Shown here in pieces: positions 18,701 to 27,174 of a stretch of 64,000 bases of DNA. The stretch lies in NCBI GenBank assembly GCA_019637755.1, contig JAHBVC010000001.1, positions 1,521,104 through 1,585,103 of the forward strand. The letters are read 5' to 3'. The DNA comes from Anaerolineales bacterium (GTDB lineage: Bacteria; Chloroflexota; Anaerolineae; Anaerolineales; UBA11579). A program made the translations under genes and the position numbers. Within the stretch, counting starts at the first letter, position 1. Every line of letters begins with the position of its first letter. The notes below the pieces were generated by a model that saw only the letters and a list, made by a program, of their open reading frames with translations, ran no database searches and was not told the origin of the DNA.

Positions 18701-18838
18701 GTCATCTTGAGCGGGTAGTGGAGTTGCCACCCGGACGCCGAAGCCACGCCAGCGAAGGATCCTTATGGGCATATCTTCTACGCAGCGCGTATTTTTCAGT
18801 CATGCCAAATGAGGATCCCTCGCTGCGCTCGGGATGCA
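18701..18838. repeat. REP/MITE-like inverted-repeat element; the left arm is split by a 35-nt insert
   Basis: The right arm GGATCCCTCGCTGCGCTCGGGATG (18813..18836) is the reverse complement of CATCTTGAGCG (18703..18713) plus CCAGCGAAGGATCC (18749..18762), allowing G:U pairs and one mismatch. Located between convergent genes. Confidence 0.5.
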
Positions 18839-18846
18839 CACCGATA

Positions 18847-19875
18847 CTACGCCACCCCGCCCAGATCCTCCAGAAATGCCTGCACGGCGTGCTCGGGCGT
18901 AGCCCATGATGTCACTAGCCGTATCGCCGAAGAGCCCTCGCCTGCTGGTGCCCACACGTAAAAGCCATAGTCTTGCTGCAACTGGGCGATGAGCTCATCG
19001 GGCAGGATCGGGAAGAGCTGATTGGATTGCGGTGCGGTTAGAAACTTAAACCCCAGCTCCTGTAGCCCGCCTGCTAGCTGCTCGGCCATGCGGTTGGCGT
19101 GCTGGGCCAGCTCAAAATACAACTCGTCGGCGAAGAGCTCCAGGAACTGCGCACCGATGACGCGTCCCTTGGCCAGCATGGCGCCGCGCTGCTTGATGTG
19201 CCAGCGGAATTCGGGCTGCAGCGCGGGGTTGGGGATCACGATCGCTTCCCCCAGTAGCGCTCCGTTTTTGGTGCCGCCTATGTAGAACATATCCGTCAAG
19301 GTGGCGATATCCGCCAGGCTCAAGTCGCTATCCCGGGCGGTCAACGCCGTACCAAGGCGGGCCCCATCCAGATAAAGATACAAATTGTGCTGCTGGCAGA
19401 ACGCGTAGAGTGCTTCGAGTTCAGCCTTGGAGTAGATCGTGCCGACTTCGCTGGCGTGCGAGATGAACACTACCTTGGGCTTGGTCATATGCTCGTCACG
19501 GCCAGGGCCGAAGAACCCGGCCAGCAACTGGGGGCGCAACTTGCCGTCGACGCTGGCCACAGTTTCGATCTTATGGCCGGTGGCCTCGATGGCGCCGGCC
19601 TCATGCACAAAAATGTGCCCACTGCTGGCGGCGATCACGGCTTCGTGCGGCCGCAACATGGCTGCCAGGCACACCAGGTTGGCTTGCGTGCCGCCGGAAA
19701 CAAAGTGCACCGCGGCAGCGACGTTGCCGGCCGCCTCCTGGATCAAGGCTTGTGCCTGCCGCGAGAGTTCGTCTTCACCATAGCCGGTCATCTGGTCTGC
19801 GTTACTGGCGGCCAGGCGGGCAAGGATCTTGGGGTGAGCACCTTCTGCGTAGTCGTTAAAGAATTGATACTTCAT
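18847..19875 (-). CDS. ltaE: low-specificity L-threonine aldolase (PLP-dependent beta-eliminating lyase family)
   Basis: MKYQFFNDYAEGAHPKIL...; GGTKNG (PLP lysine region); length 342 aa. Confidence 0.85.
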   Translation of the reverse strand: MKYQFFNDYAEGAHPKILARLAASNADQMTGYGEDELSRQAQALIQEAAGNVAAAVHFVSGGTQANLVCLAAMLRPHEAVIAASSGHIFVHEAGAIEATGHKIETVASVDGKLRPQLLAGFFGPGRDEHMTKPKVVFISHASEVGTIYSKAELEALYAFCQQHNLYLYLDGARLGTALTARDSDLSLADIATLTDMFYIGGTKNGALLGEAIVIPNPALQPEFRWHIKQRGAMLAKGRVIGAQFLELFADELYFELAQHANRMAEQLAGGLQELGFKFLTAPQSNQLFPILPDELIAQLQQDYGFYVWAPAGEGSSAIRLVTSWATPEHAVQAFLEDLGGVA

Positions 19876-19881
19876 GGGCTG

Positions 19882-19887
19882 ATTATG
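19882..19887 (-). promoter_or_regulatory. -10-like CATAAT, 6 nt upstream of ATG 19875 (leaderless candidate)
   Basis: Reverse strand reads gcCATAATcagcccATG. Confidence 0.4.
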
Positions 19888-19928
19888 GCTGCCAAGCGGT
19901 TGTGCTGCAAGCGGCCATGTTCCTCAGT

Positions 19929-19934
19929 TAGAAT
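19929..19934 (+). promoter_or_regulatory. -10 TAGAAT, 6 nt upstream of ATG 19941 (leaderless candidate)
   Basis: gtTAGAATtaacccATG. Confidence 0.5.
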
Positions 19935-19940
19935 TAACCC

Positions 19941-21479
19941 ATGGCCGTAAAAGTTACCCTCCCACAGATGGGCGAAGGCGTTACTGACGCCACCGTCACC
20001 AAATGGCTCAAACAAGAAGGCGAGCAGGTCAAGGAATATGACCCCTTGGTTGAGGTCAACACGGATAAGGTCGATACCGAGATCCCCAGCCCGGCCAGCG
20101 GCACGATTTTAAGGATTCTGCAGGCCGAAGGCGCGGTGGTGCCGGTCAACGCTACGCTCGTTTGGATCGGTGAACCTGGCGAAGCCCTGCCTGAGGATGA
20201 AGGCGCCGCGGCTCCGGCAGCAGCCCCCAAGGCGGCCGCGCCCGAGGTGACGCAGCAGCCTGTGGCCACCGTACCCGTTCCGGCCGCCCCGATTGCTGTT
20301 AAGCCTATTCCCGCCGCGCAACCGGCTACCCCGCAGCCGATACCTGCCGCCAGCCAGCCAGCGGCCACGCCGGCAGGCGGCCCCGTCTCGGCCCTGGCGG
20401 CCAAGGTGGCCGCCGAGCACGGCGTAAACCTGGCGGCGGTACACGGCAGTGGCCCTGGCGGCCGCATCACCAAAGAGGATGTGCTGGCCGCGGCCCAGGC
20501 GGGCACCGCGCGCTTTGTGGCCGGTAACGCAGCTGCCCTCAGCGGCCCCGTGAGCTTGCCCAGTTTTGATGGGCACAATATGGCCACCTTCCTCTCGCCG
20601 GTGGTGCGCAAGCTGGCTAACGAGCACAATCTTGACGTTAGCCGCATTCGCGGTACGGGCGAGGGTGGGCGCGTGACTAAGGCGGATGTTGAAGCCGCGC
20701 TGGCCAATGGGTCAGCCTATGCCCCGCTGCAATTCGCTGCGCCTGCGGCGCAAGCTGCTGCACCCAAGCCGCAGTTCCCGCCTGCGTTCCCCGAAGCCAT
20801 TCCCGGCACAGTGATGAAGCTCAACCCGGTGCGCCGCGCCATTGCGGAGCACATGGTGCGCAGCAAGCACACCTCGCCGCACGTCACCACGGTGATGGAA
20901 GTTGACATGAGTCGCGTCGGCGCGCACCGCGCTGCCAACAAGGCGGCCTTTGCTCAGCAGGGCGTCAATCTCACCTTCACTGCCTATTTTGTGAACGCCA
21001 TCGTGGCGGCTTGCAATGCCTACCCCATCGTGAACTCCTCATGGAGCGACGAGGGCGTAGCAGTGCACGGCGCGATCAACATTGGCATTGCCACAGCGCT
21101 GGAGCCCGACGGGCTGATCGTGCCCGTGGTCAAGAACGCGGGCAGCCTGACTTTGCTGGAGATGGCGCGGGCGGTCAACGATCTCTCCGGCCGGGCGCGC
21201 GGCAAGCAACTCAAGACGGATGAAGTACAAGGCGGCACGATCACGCTCACCAATCACGGCACCAGCGGCTCGCTGTTTGCTACCCCGATCATCAACCAGC
21301 CGCAGTGCGCCATCATTGGCACGGGTGCCATTCAAAAGCGCGCTGTAGTGATCGACGATGCCATCGCCATCCGGCCGATGGCGTATACCACCCTCACGTT
21401 CGATCATCGCATCCTGGATGGTGCGGTGGCTGATTATTTCCTCGGCACGATCAAATTCACCCTGGAGCATTGGGCGTAG
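19941..21479 (+). CDS. 2-oxoacid dehydrogenase E2 (dihydrolipoamide acyltransferase)
   Basis: Lipoyl domain with VEVNTDKVDTEIPSP. Two E3-binding-type segments (AAKVAAEHGVNLAAVHGSGPGGRITKEDV and VVRKLANEHNLDVSRIRGTGEGGRVTKADV). Catalytic DHRILDG. Confidence 0.9.
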   Translation: MAVKVTLPQMGEGVTDATVTKWLKQEGEQVKEYDPLVEVNTDKVDTEIPSPASGTILRILQAEGAVVPVNATLVWIGEPGEALPEDEGAAAPAAAPKAAAPEVTQQPVATVPVPAAPIAVKPIPAAQPATPQPIPAASQPAATPAGGPVSALAAKVAAEHGVNLAAVHGSGPGGRITKEDVLAAAQAGTARFVAGNAAALSGPVSLPSFDGHNMATFLSPVVRKLANEHNLDVSRIRGTGEGGRVTKADVEAALANGSAYAPLQFAAPAAQAAAPKPQFPPAFPEAIPGTVMKLNPVRRAIAEHMVRSKHTSPHVTTVMEVDMSRVGAHRAANKAAFAQQGVNLTFTAYFVNAIVAACNAYPIVNSSWSDEGVAVHGAINIGIATALEPDGLIVPVVKNAGSLTLLEMARAVNDLSGRARGKQLKTDEVQGGTITLTNHGTSGSLFATPIINQPQCAIIGTGAIQKRAVVIDDAIAIRPMAYTTLTFDHRILDGAVADYFLGTIKFTLEHWA

Positions 21480-21500
21480 GCCCACAAGTGGAGTAGACGC

Positions 21501-22901
21501 ATGGCAAATTATGATGTGTTGGTTATTGGTGCTGGCCCGGGCGGCTATGTAGCTGCCATTCGTGCGGCACAACTGGGCAACAAGGTTGGCATTATCGACC
21601 GCGCTTTCTTGGGCGGCGTGTGCTTGAACATTGGCTGCATTCCATCCAAAGCGCTGCTGAAGAACGCCGAGGTGGCACACACCTTGCTGCATCGCGGCGA
21701 AGAATTTGGTTTCAGCTTCGATAACCTCAAGCTGGATTACGGCGCGGCGGTCAAGCGCAGCCGCCAGGTCTCTGAACGCCTGGTCAAGGGCGTTGAGTTC
21801 CTGATGAAGAAGAACAAGATCGATGTGATTTGGGGCAGCGCTAAGCTGACGGCCAAAGACACCGTGTCGGTAACCCCCAATGATGGCGGCAAGGCTAGCG
21901 AGCACAAGGCCAAACACATCATCATTGCCACCGGCGCCAGCCCGATCGCGGTGCCCGGTGTGGATGTGGACGGCAAGCAGGTGCTCACATACAAAGAAGC
22001 CATCCTGCAGGAGACGCTGCCCAAATCCGCGGTGATCGTCGGCGGTGGCGCCATCGGCCTGGAGTTTGCCACGGTGTGGAGCTCCTACGGGGTCGAGGTC
22101 ACCCTGGTTGAGATGCTCGATCGCATCGCTCCGCTGGAAGACGAAGAAGTGAGCAAAGAACTGGCCAAGCAGATGGGCAAGAACGGCATCACTGTGCTCA
22201 CCGGCACCAAGCTCGAGAAGGTAGAGAAGGGCAAGGGCGGCGCCAAAGTCAGCGTGTCTGGCAAGGACGGCCAAAAGACCATTGAAGCTGAGCAAGTCTT
22301 GATGGCGATCGGCTTCCGCCCGAATACGAAAGACATCGGCCTCGAGGCGGCCGGCGTCAAGCTCGGCCAGCGAGGCGAGATTGAGATCGACGAGCGCATG
22401 GCCACCAACGTGCCGGGCATCTGGGCGGTGGGCGACGTGACCGCCAAGCTCATGCTGGCGCATGTCGGCTCGGCGATGGGGATTGTGTGTGCGGAGAACA
22501 TTGCCGGCGTGGAAACCATCAAGCTGGATTACCGCATGATGCCGCGCGCCACTTACTGCCACCCGCAGGTGGCTTCGTTTGGCCTGAGCGAAGCACAAGC
22601 CAAAGAAGCCGGCCACCAGGTGAAAGTGGGCCGCTTCAACTTCCAGGCCAACGGCAAGGCGCTGGGCCTGGGCGACTACAGCGGCTGGGTCAAACTGATC
22701 ACCGATGAGCGCTATGGCGAAATCCTCGGCGCGCACATGATCGGCCCTGAGGTCACCGAGCTGCTGCCGGAGCTGACCATCGCTCAGATGGCCGAGCTGA
22801 CTGCCGCCGAGGTGGCGCGCAACGTGCATGCCCACCCCAGCCTGAGCGAAGTGCTGATGGAGATGGCGCACGCCGCCGAGGGCCAGGCGATTCACTCGTA
22901 G
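21501..22901 (+). CDS. lpdA: dihydrolipoyl dehydrogenase (E3)
   Basis: YDVLVIGAGPGGYVAA...GGVCLNIGCIPSKALL redox-active disulfide. C-terminal HAHPSLSE. Confidence 0.95.
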   Translation: MANYDVLVIGAGPGGYVAAIRAAQLGNKVGIIDRAFLGGVCLNIGCIPSKALLKNAEVAHTLLHRGEEFGFSFDNLKLDYGAAVKRSRQVSERLVKGVEFLMKKNKIDVIWGSAKLTAKDTVSVTPNDGGKASEHKAKHIIIATGASPIAVPGVDVDGKQVLTYKEAILQETLPKSAVIVGGGAIGLEFATVWSSYGVEVTLVEMLDRIAPLEDEEVSKELAKQMGKNGITVLTGTKLEKVEKGKGGAKVSVSGKDGQKTIEAEQVLMAIGFRPNTKDIGLEAAGVKLGQRGEIEIDERMATNVPGIWAVGDVTAKLMLAHVGSAMGIVCAENIAGVETIKLDYRMMPRATYCHPQVASFGLSEAQAKEAGHQVKVGRFNFQANGKALGLGDYSGWVKLITDERYGEILGAHMIGPEVTELLPELTIAQMAELTAAEVARNVHAHPSLSEVLMEMAHAAEGQAIHS

Positions 22902-22961
22902 ACTAAGCTAGCGGCCAGACCACTTGCACCCAAAGCCTCGTTAGCCGAGGTGGAGGTGCCT

Positions 22962-23171
22962 ATGCCTTATGAAACTCTGGCTGATTTGCCTAAGGGCGTG
23001 AAGGACAATCTACCTACGCACGCCCAAGAGATTTACTTGGCGGCATTCAACAATGCCTTCGAGGAGTACGACAAGGATGAGGACCGTGCTCGCCGCGTGG
23101 CATGGAGTGCAGTCAAGAAAGCTGGCTACGAGAAAGACGAAGCCAGTGGTGACTGGAAGAAGACCCGTTAA
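22962..23171 (+). CDS. ChaB-family protein
   Basis: MPYETLADLPKGVKDNLPTHAQEIYLAAFNNAFEEY...RVAWSAVKKAGYEK. GGAGG SD upstream of ATG 22962. Confidence 0.8.
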   Translation: MPYETLADLPKGVKDNLPTHAQEIYLAAFNNAFEEYDKDEDRARRVAWSAVKKAGYEKDEASGDWKKTR

Positions 23172-23202
23172 AAATGAGCCCCGCATATGCGGGGCTCATT
23201 TT
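23171..23202. terminator. bidirectional rho-independent terminator
   Basis: AAAATGAGCCCCGCatatGCGGGGCTCATTTT. Confidence 0.85.
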
Positions 23203-23208
23203 GGTTAG

Positions 23209-23712
23209 CTACTTCGGCGGGGTTGCGCCCGCGCGGCGTATGCTCAGCCCTGAATTGGGTGCGCCCAGGCCATATTGGCTGGGCTGCTCGAAGTTCGTCT
23301 GGCGCAGATCAGCCAACAGCGCAGTGGGCGCCACACGCCGCCCAATGCGCTCGTCGGCCGAATGCCGCGGCGTGCTGACGGCTTTGGCGCGATAGAGCTC
23401 CACGGCGGGAGCGGCTTGCTGGATGGCGGCACGGCACACGGCGCGCATGTAGTAGCGATTGAACTCGCCCGCCGCTACGGTGTGAGCGTAGTTGGCGGGT
23501 AGCCGGGCCGTGACCTGGCGGCCCTGCCTTAGGTAGCGATGTTCGGCTAGCAGCAGGTCTGCGGTCGCCAGCGCTTCGCCAAAACTTTGCGAAGTGCCTG
23601 CCTCCAGCGCGGCGAGCAGGAGCGGCAAATAGGTTGCGGTGCTATCGGGCTTTAGCAGGGGGTTGATGTACAGCGAATGATGTTCTGCATCGTATTGCAA
23701 CTCGTCCAGCAT
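23209..23712 (-). CDS. hypothetical protein (167 aa), last gene of the glycosyltransferase operon
   Basis: C-terminal part of ORF 23209..24192. The first in-frame ATG not overlapping the upstream GT is at 23712 (MLDELQYDAEHH...). No motif recognised. Confidence 0.5.
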   Translation of the reverse strand: MLDELQYDAEHHSLYINPLLKPDSTATYLPLLLAALEAGTSQSFGEALATADLLLAEHRYLRQGRQVTARLPANYAHTVAAGEFNRYYMRAVCRAAIQQAAPAVELYRAKAVSTPRHSADERIGRRVAPTALLADLRQTNFEQPSQYGLGAPNSGLSIRRAGATPPK

Positions 23713-23756
23713 GACAGTGCGCAGCTCGGCGGGGACGGGCTCGTAATCAACATGCG

Positions 23757-24920
23757 TTAGCGGCTCAGGATGGCTTGGTAAAACGCTTCGGCGCGCCGCA
23801 TGCCCGTGGAATAGTCGGCGCGCTCGGCGATTAGAGCTGCATTCTGTGCGGCGGCTTGGCGGCGCAAGCTTAGGTCTTGCAGCCCGCGCAGGATGGCGGC
23901 CGCCAGAACCTCGGCATGGTTGGGGTCGGCCAGCAGGCCGTTCTCGCCCGGCGTGATCCACTCGCGGATCGAGTCCAGGTCGCCCGCGACGGGCAGTAGG
24001 CCGCAGGCCATCGCTTCGAGCAGGGTGTTGGGCGTGCCGTCGTGCGTGCTGGGCGAGACCATCAGCTGGGCGCGGCGATAGGCCTGGGCAAGCTCTGCGG
24101 GAACCAGCTTGGGCAGCAGCGTAACGTGCGACTGCAGGCTGTGCTGGCGCACCCAGGCCTCGGCCTGCGGCTCGCCTTGCATGGCTGGGCACTCCACGCG
24201 CAGGGCGGGTACTTGTTTTGCCACGATGGCGATGGCCTTGAAGAAAACATCATTGCGCACGTAAGCGCGTAGGCCACGCGGGTTGATGATATGTGGCGTG
24301 TTTACAAGGTGCCGGGCAGGGTGAAAGAGCTCGCTGCGCACGCCGCCGTTGCCGGGCACGGCCAAGGTTGGCGTGTTGGCAAGCAGACTCCAGTGGTGTG
24401 CCAGGCGCAGATCGCGCTGCGTATCGGCCAGCAGGCCATCGGCGCGGCGCAGGGCGCGGCGCGTAGCGCTGGCCATCAGGGGCGTGCTGCGCGCATGCAG
24501 CGTGAAATCATTGCCCCATACAGAAAGCAGCAGCGGCCGCCGGCGGCCGCTGAGCGCGGCCGCGGCCAACATGCCTTCGTAAGGGATGCGCAGCGCATGC
24601 ATCAGTTGGGGCTGGATGCGGCTGATGGCCGCTTCGAGCGCGATTGCCGCCCGCGGCAGGGTGAGCGGGCCGGCTAGGTTGCGCAAACGCGTGCGTAGCC
24701 CGGTAGGCAGCAGGGCGCGTAAGCCGCTGGCGGCAGTACTGGCTTCAGCGCTGACAGCGCCACTGTAGGCTACCGGCGTGTGTTGCCATGAGGCCAGGCC
24801 GGCTTGCGGCTCGCAGGCGAAGGTGCTGGCAAGATGCACCTCGTGTTTGTGTTCGATGAAATAGTGCAGCCACTGCTGCGTAATAGGGGAGCGGCCATCG
24901 GCTACAAAAAGAATGCGCAT
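23757..24920 (-). CDS. family 4 (GT-B) glycosyltransferase
   Basis: MRILFVADGRSPIT... and the C-terminal motif PSTHDGTPNTLLEAMACGLLPVAGD. Confidence 0.85.
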   Translation of the reverse strand: MRILFVADGRSPITQQWLHYFIEHKHEVHLASTFACEPQAGLASWQHTPVAYSGAVSAEASTAASGLRALLPTGLRTRLRNLAGPLTLPRAAIALEAAISRIQPQLMHALRIPYEGMLAAAALSGRRRPLLLSVWGNDFTLHARSTPLMASATRRALRRADGLLADTQRDLRLAHHWSLLANTPTLAVPGNGGVRSELFHPARHLVNTPHIINPRGLRAYVRNDVFFKAIAIVAKQVPALRVECPAMQGEPQAEAWVRQHSLQSHVTLLPKLVPAELAQAYRRAQLMVSPSTHDGTPNTLLEAMACGLLPVAGDLDSIREWITPGENGLLADPNHAEVLAAAILRGLQDLSLRRQAAAQNAALIAERADYSTGMRRAEAFYQAILSR

Positions 24921-26014
24921 CAGCGGCTCACCGTGTGGATGGCCTCAATAAATGCGGCGGCCATGGTTTCCAGGTTGTAGCGGGTTTGCAACAGGGAGTA
25001 GTTCGTGGCGCCCATCGCATGCAATGCGGCCCGGTCTTGCAGGGCGCTGGCCAGCGTGGCGAACAGGACTTCATCATCGCCCGGGGGCAGTTGCCAGCCG
25101 TTGGCCGCTTGCACCAGATCGGCCTGGCTGCCATCGCCCTCGCCTACGATCACGGCTAGACCGTGGGCCATCGCTTGTTGCACAGCCAGCCCGCCGGTAC
25201 CGGGCAAGACGAACAACTCGGCCCGGTCAAACTGGTGTGCCAGGGCTTCCCCCTGCAAGTGCCCGGTGAATTCAGTGCGCGGATAGATACGCTGTGCCAG
25301 GCGTTCGAGCTTGGCCCGCTCCGGCCCATCGCCCACTAGCACCAGGCGCGGTTGTTGCCCGCTGGGTAGTTTGGCACAGGCGCGCAGCAGCGCGTGGAGC
25401 CGTTTGCGGGCCTGCAGGCGGCCCACATACAGCACGGTGAGCGGGCCGCGGGTGGGACGGCTGGCCAGTGGCGCGCGCGGGCGCGGCGCCACCGCGTTGG
25501 GGGCCACGAAAATACGCTCGGCGGGCAGGCCCAAGGCGCGGTACTGGGCGGCGCCGTGCTGGCTGTAGGCGATCAGGCCGTCAAACTGCCGCAGGAACTG
25601 AAGACGGCGGGCATGGCGTAGCGCCGCCAGCGGGCCACCTAGCGGCGGCGCACCCAGCCCCCAAGCGAGCACACGACGGCCCCGGGCTTTCATCCAGCGC
25701 AGCGCCTGTGGCGTGCTCAGGTAGCGCGGATTGGCTTCGACGATCAACACATCCGGATTGAATTGCTCCAGCCAGGCAGTAACGTCGCGCTGGTAGCACA
25801 GATATAACGCGCCGCGGAAAAAATGCAGGTTGGTGGCGTGCTGCCAGTGAGCGATGTCTAGATGCGTAGCGGAGCGGATGGCTTCACTGCGTCGCGGCTG
25901 CCCGGCAAAGACGCTGAGGGTAGCCGTATGTTGGGCCAGCAGATCAAAGAAAGGCGCGCGATAGCTCGGCAAGACGCGTTGCATGATGCCGAACCGGCCA
26001 GCAAACGATTTCAT
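24920..26014 (-). CDS. family 4 (GT-B) glycosyltransferase
   Basis: FVLPGTGGLAVQQAMAHGLAVIVGEGDG. Start at MKSFAG (ATG 26014). The stop overlaps the downstream start (TGATG). Confidence 0.8.
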   Translation of the reverse strand: MKSFAGRFGIMQRVLPSYRAPFFDLLAQHTATLSVFAGQPRRSEAIRSATHLDIAHWQHATNLHFFRGALYLCYQRDVTAWLEQFNPDVLIVEANPRYLSTPQALRWMKARGRRVLAWGLGAPPLGGPLAALRHARRLQFLRQFDGLIAYSQHGAAQYRALGLPAERIFVAPNAVAPRPRAPLASRPTRGPLTVLYVGRLQARKRLHALLRACAKLPSGQQPRLVLVGDGPERAKLERLAQRIYPRTEFTGHLQGEALAHQFDRAELFVLPGTGGLAVQQAMAHGLAVIVGEGDGSQADLVQAANGWQLPPGDDEVLFATLASALQDRAALHAMGATNYSLLQTRYNLETMAAAFIEAIHTVSR

Positions 26015-26154
26015 GCGGGCCTCGCATAGATGCCCAGCCAATAGTCTTTCTCGCTTTGCAGATCCAGCAGCAACCTTGCATCCCCCAGCCCGCGCTTGAC
26101 CGGCGCAGGCAGCAGGCGCGCCGCCGCCGCGAACCCCAGCAATGGGTTAGCCAT
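26011..26154 (-). CDS. candidate 47-aa small protein bridging two GT genes
   Basis: Below the ORF-track size cut-off. MANPLLGFAAAARLLPAPVKRGLGDARLLLDLQSEKDYWLGIYARPA. The start overlaps the upstream stop (ATGGCTAA) and the stop overlaps the downstream start (ATGA). GC-rich third positions. Confidence 0.35.
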   Translation of the reverse strand: MANPLLGFAAAARLLPAPVKRGLGDARLLLDLQSEKDYWLGIYARPA

Positions 26155-27169
26155 GCAAGGCCTCGATGTATGCATCCACCATCTGGTCCAGGCTCAGGTG
26201 TGCTTCGGCATGAGCGCGAGCCGCCTGGCGCATCGCGGCCTGTTGCGCGGCGGGCGCGGTCAGCAGCTCGTTGGCCGCGGCGGCCAGGCCAGCCGCATCA
26301 GGCGCATCCAGCTTCCACGGGTCGCCGCCGTAGGGCACCAGGCGGCCGGCTGCGGCTGGCACCAGCTCATTCAGCGCGCCGGTGTCGTACGCTAGCACCG
26401 GCAAGCCGCAGGCCAGGGCCTCGATGACTGAGTTCGGGCAGGCGGCGTTGATGTCGGTGGAGTACAGCAAGTGGGCACTGCGATTGAGCGCGGGTACCTG
26501 CTCATTCGCCACCACTCCAAGCCAGGTGATGGGCCGCTGCGTGCGCGCCGCGTAATGGGCGCGCTGCATTTCGCTTACCAGGCCGGCCACGGCGAGCTCT
26601 ACATCCAGCCTGTATTCGTGCTCCAGCCTGCGCGCCAACTGGACCGCGCTCTCGAGCCCGGATTCGTAGCCGCCGCGCAGGCTGCCTTCCACCACCAGGA
26701 TGCGAAAGTAGCTGCCCGGCGGAGTTTCAGGCCCGTGCGGGGTGAACGTGTTGAGGTCAACCCCGTTGTGGATGATGCGCGCGTCAGGCCCGGGCCCAAA
26801 TTGGCGTTGCCACCACGCGTGCACAAAGTGGCTTTGGTAGATGATGCCAGTGGCCAGGCGGCTGCGGATGTGGGCCAGCACGCGGTTGCCGCGCTCGGCC
26901 CGCAGCCAGTGTAGCGGGCCAGTGGGCAGGCGACGGTGCAGCCAATTGATACCATCCAGCCGTTGGATCACGGGGAGGTTGCGTTGGCGCGCCTGGCGCA
27001 GTGTATTGAAATGCCGCGTGCCGCCGATGACCAGCAAGCTGTCAATGCTCTCGTCTGGGGCGAAGGTATGTTGAATCTGGCGCTGCTCAAGGCCACGGAT
27101 GAACTTGGCCTGGAAGGAAACCATGCCGCCGATGCCAGACACTTTAGGGATGATGCCGATGCGTTTCAC
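26147..27169 (-). CDS. family 4 (GT-B) glycosyltransferase
   Basis: MKRIGIIPKVSGIGGMVSF... and ACPNSVIEALACGLPVLAYDTG. Confidence 0.85.
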   Translation of the reverse strand: MKRIGIIPKVSGIGGMVSFQAKFIRGLEQRQIQHTFAPDESIDSLLVIGGTRHFNTLRQARQRNLPVIQRLDGINWLHRRLPTGPLHWLRAERGNRVLAHIRSRLATGIIYQSHFVHAWWQRQFGPGPDARIIHNGVDLNTFTPHGPETPPGSYFRILVVEGSLRGGYESGLESAVQLARRLEHEYRLDVELAVAGLVSEMQRAHYAARTQRPITWLGVVANEQVPALNRSAHLLYSTDINAACPNSVIEALACGLPVLAYDTGALNELVPAAAGRLVPYGGDPWKLDAPDAAGLAAAANELLTAPAAQQAAMRQAARAHAEAHLSLDQMVDAYIEALHG

Positions 27170-27174
27170 GCGCT

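Noticed and set aside
18676-18909. 77-aa plus-strand ORF
   Set aside because: It lies across the inverted-repeat element and the 3' end of ltaE. The peptide ...EDPSLRSG... is the usual translation artefact of this repeat type.
21039-22895. 618-aa reverse-strand ORF
   Set aside because: It is antisense to lpdA, whose FAD/NAD and redox-disulfide motifs are unequivocal. This is a typical GC-rich mirror ORF.
22902-22961. Small hairpin CCTCG-ttagc-CGAGG overlapping the chaB SD region as a possible translational control element
   Set aside because: The stem is only 5 bp with no supporting features, which is too weak to call.
23713-24192. N-terminal extension of ORF 23209..24192 (327-aa version)
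   Set aside because: It overlaps the 3' part of a well-supported GT4 gene and is Arg/Pro/Ala-rich. The first non-overlapping in-frame ATG is at 23712.
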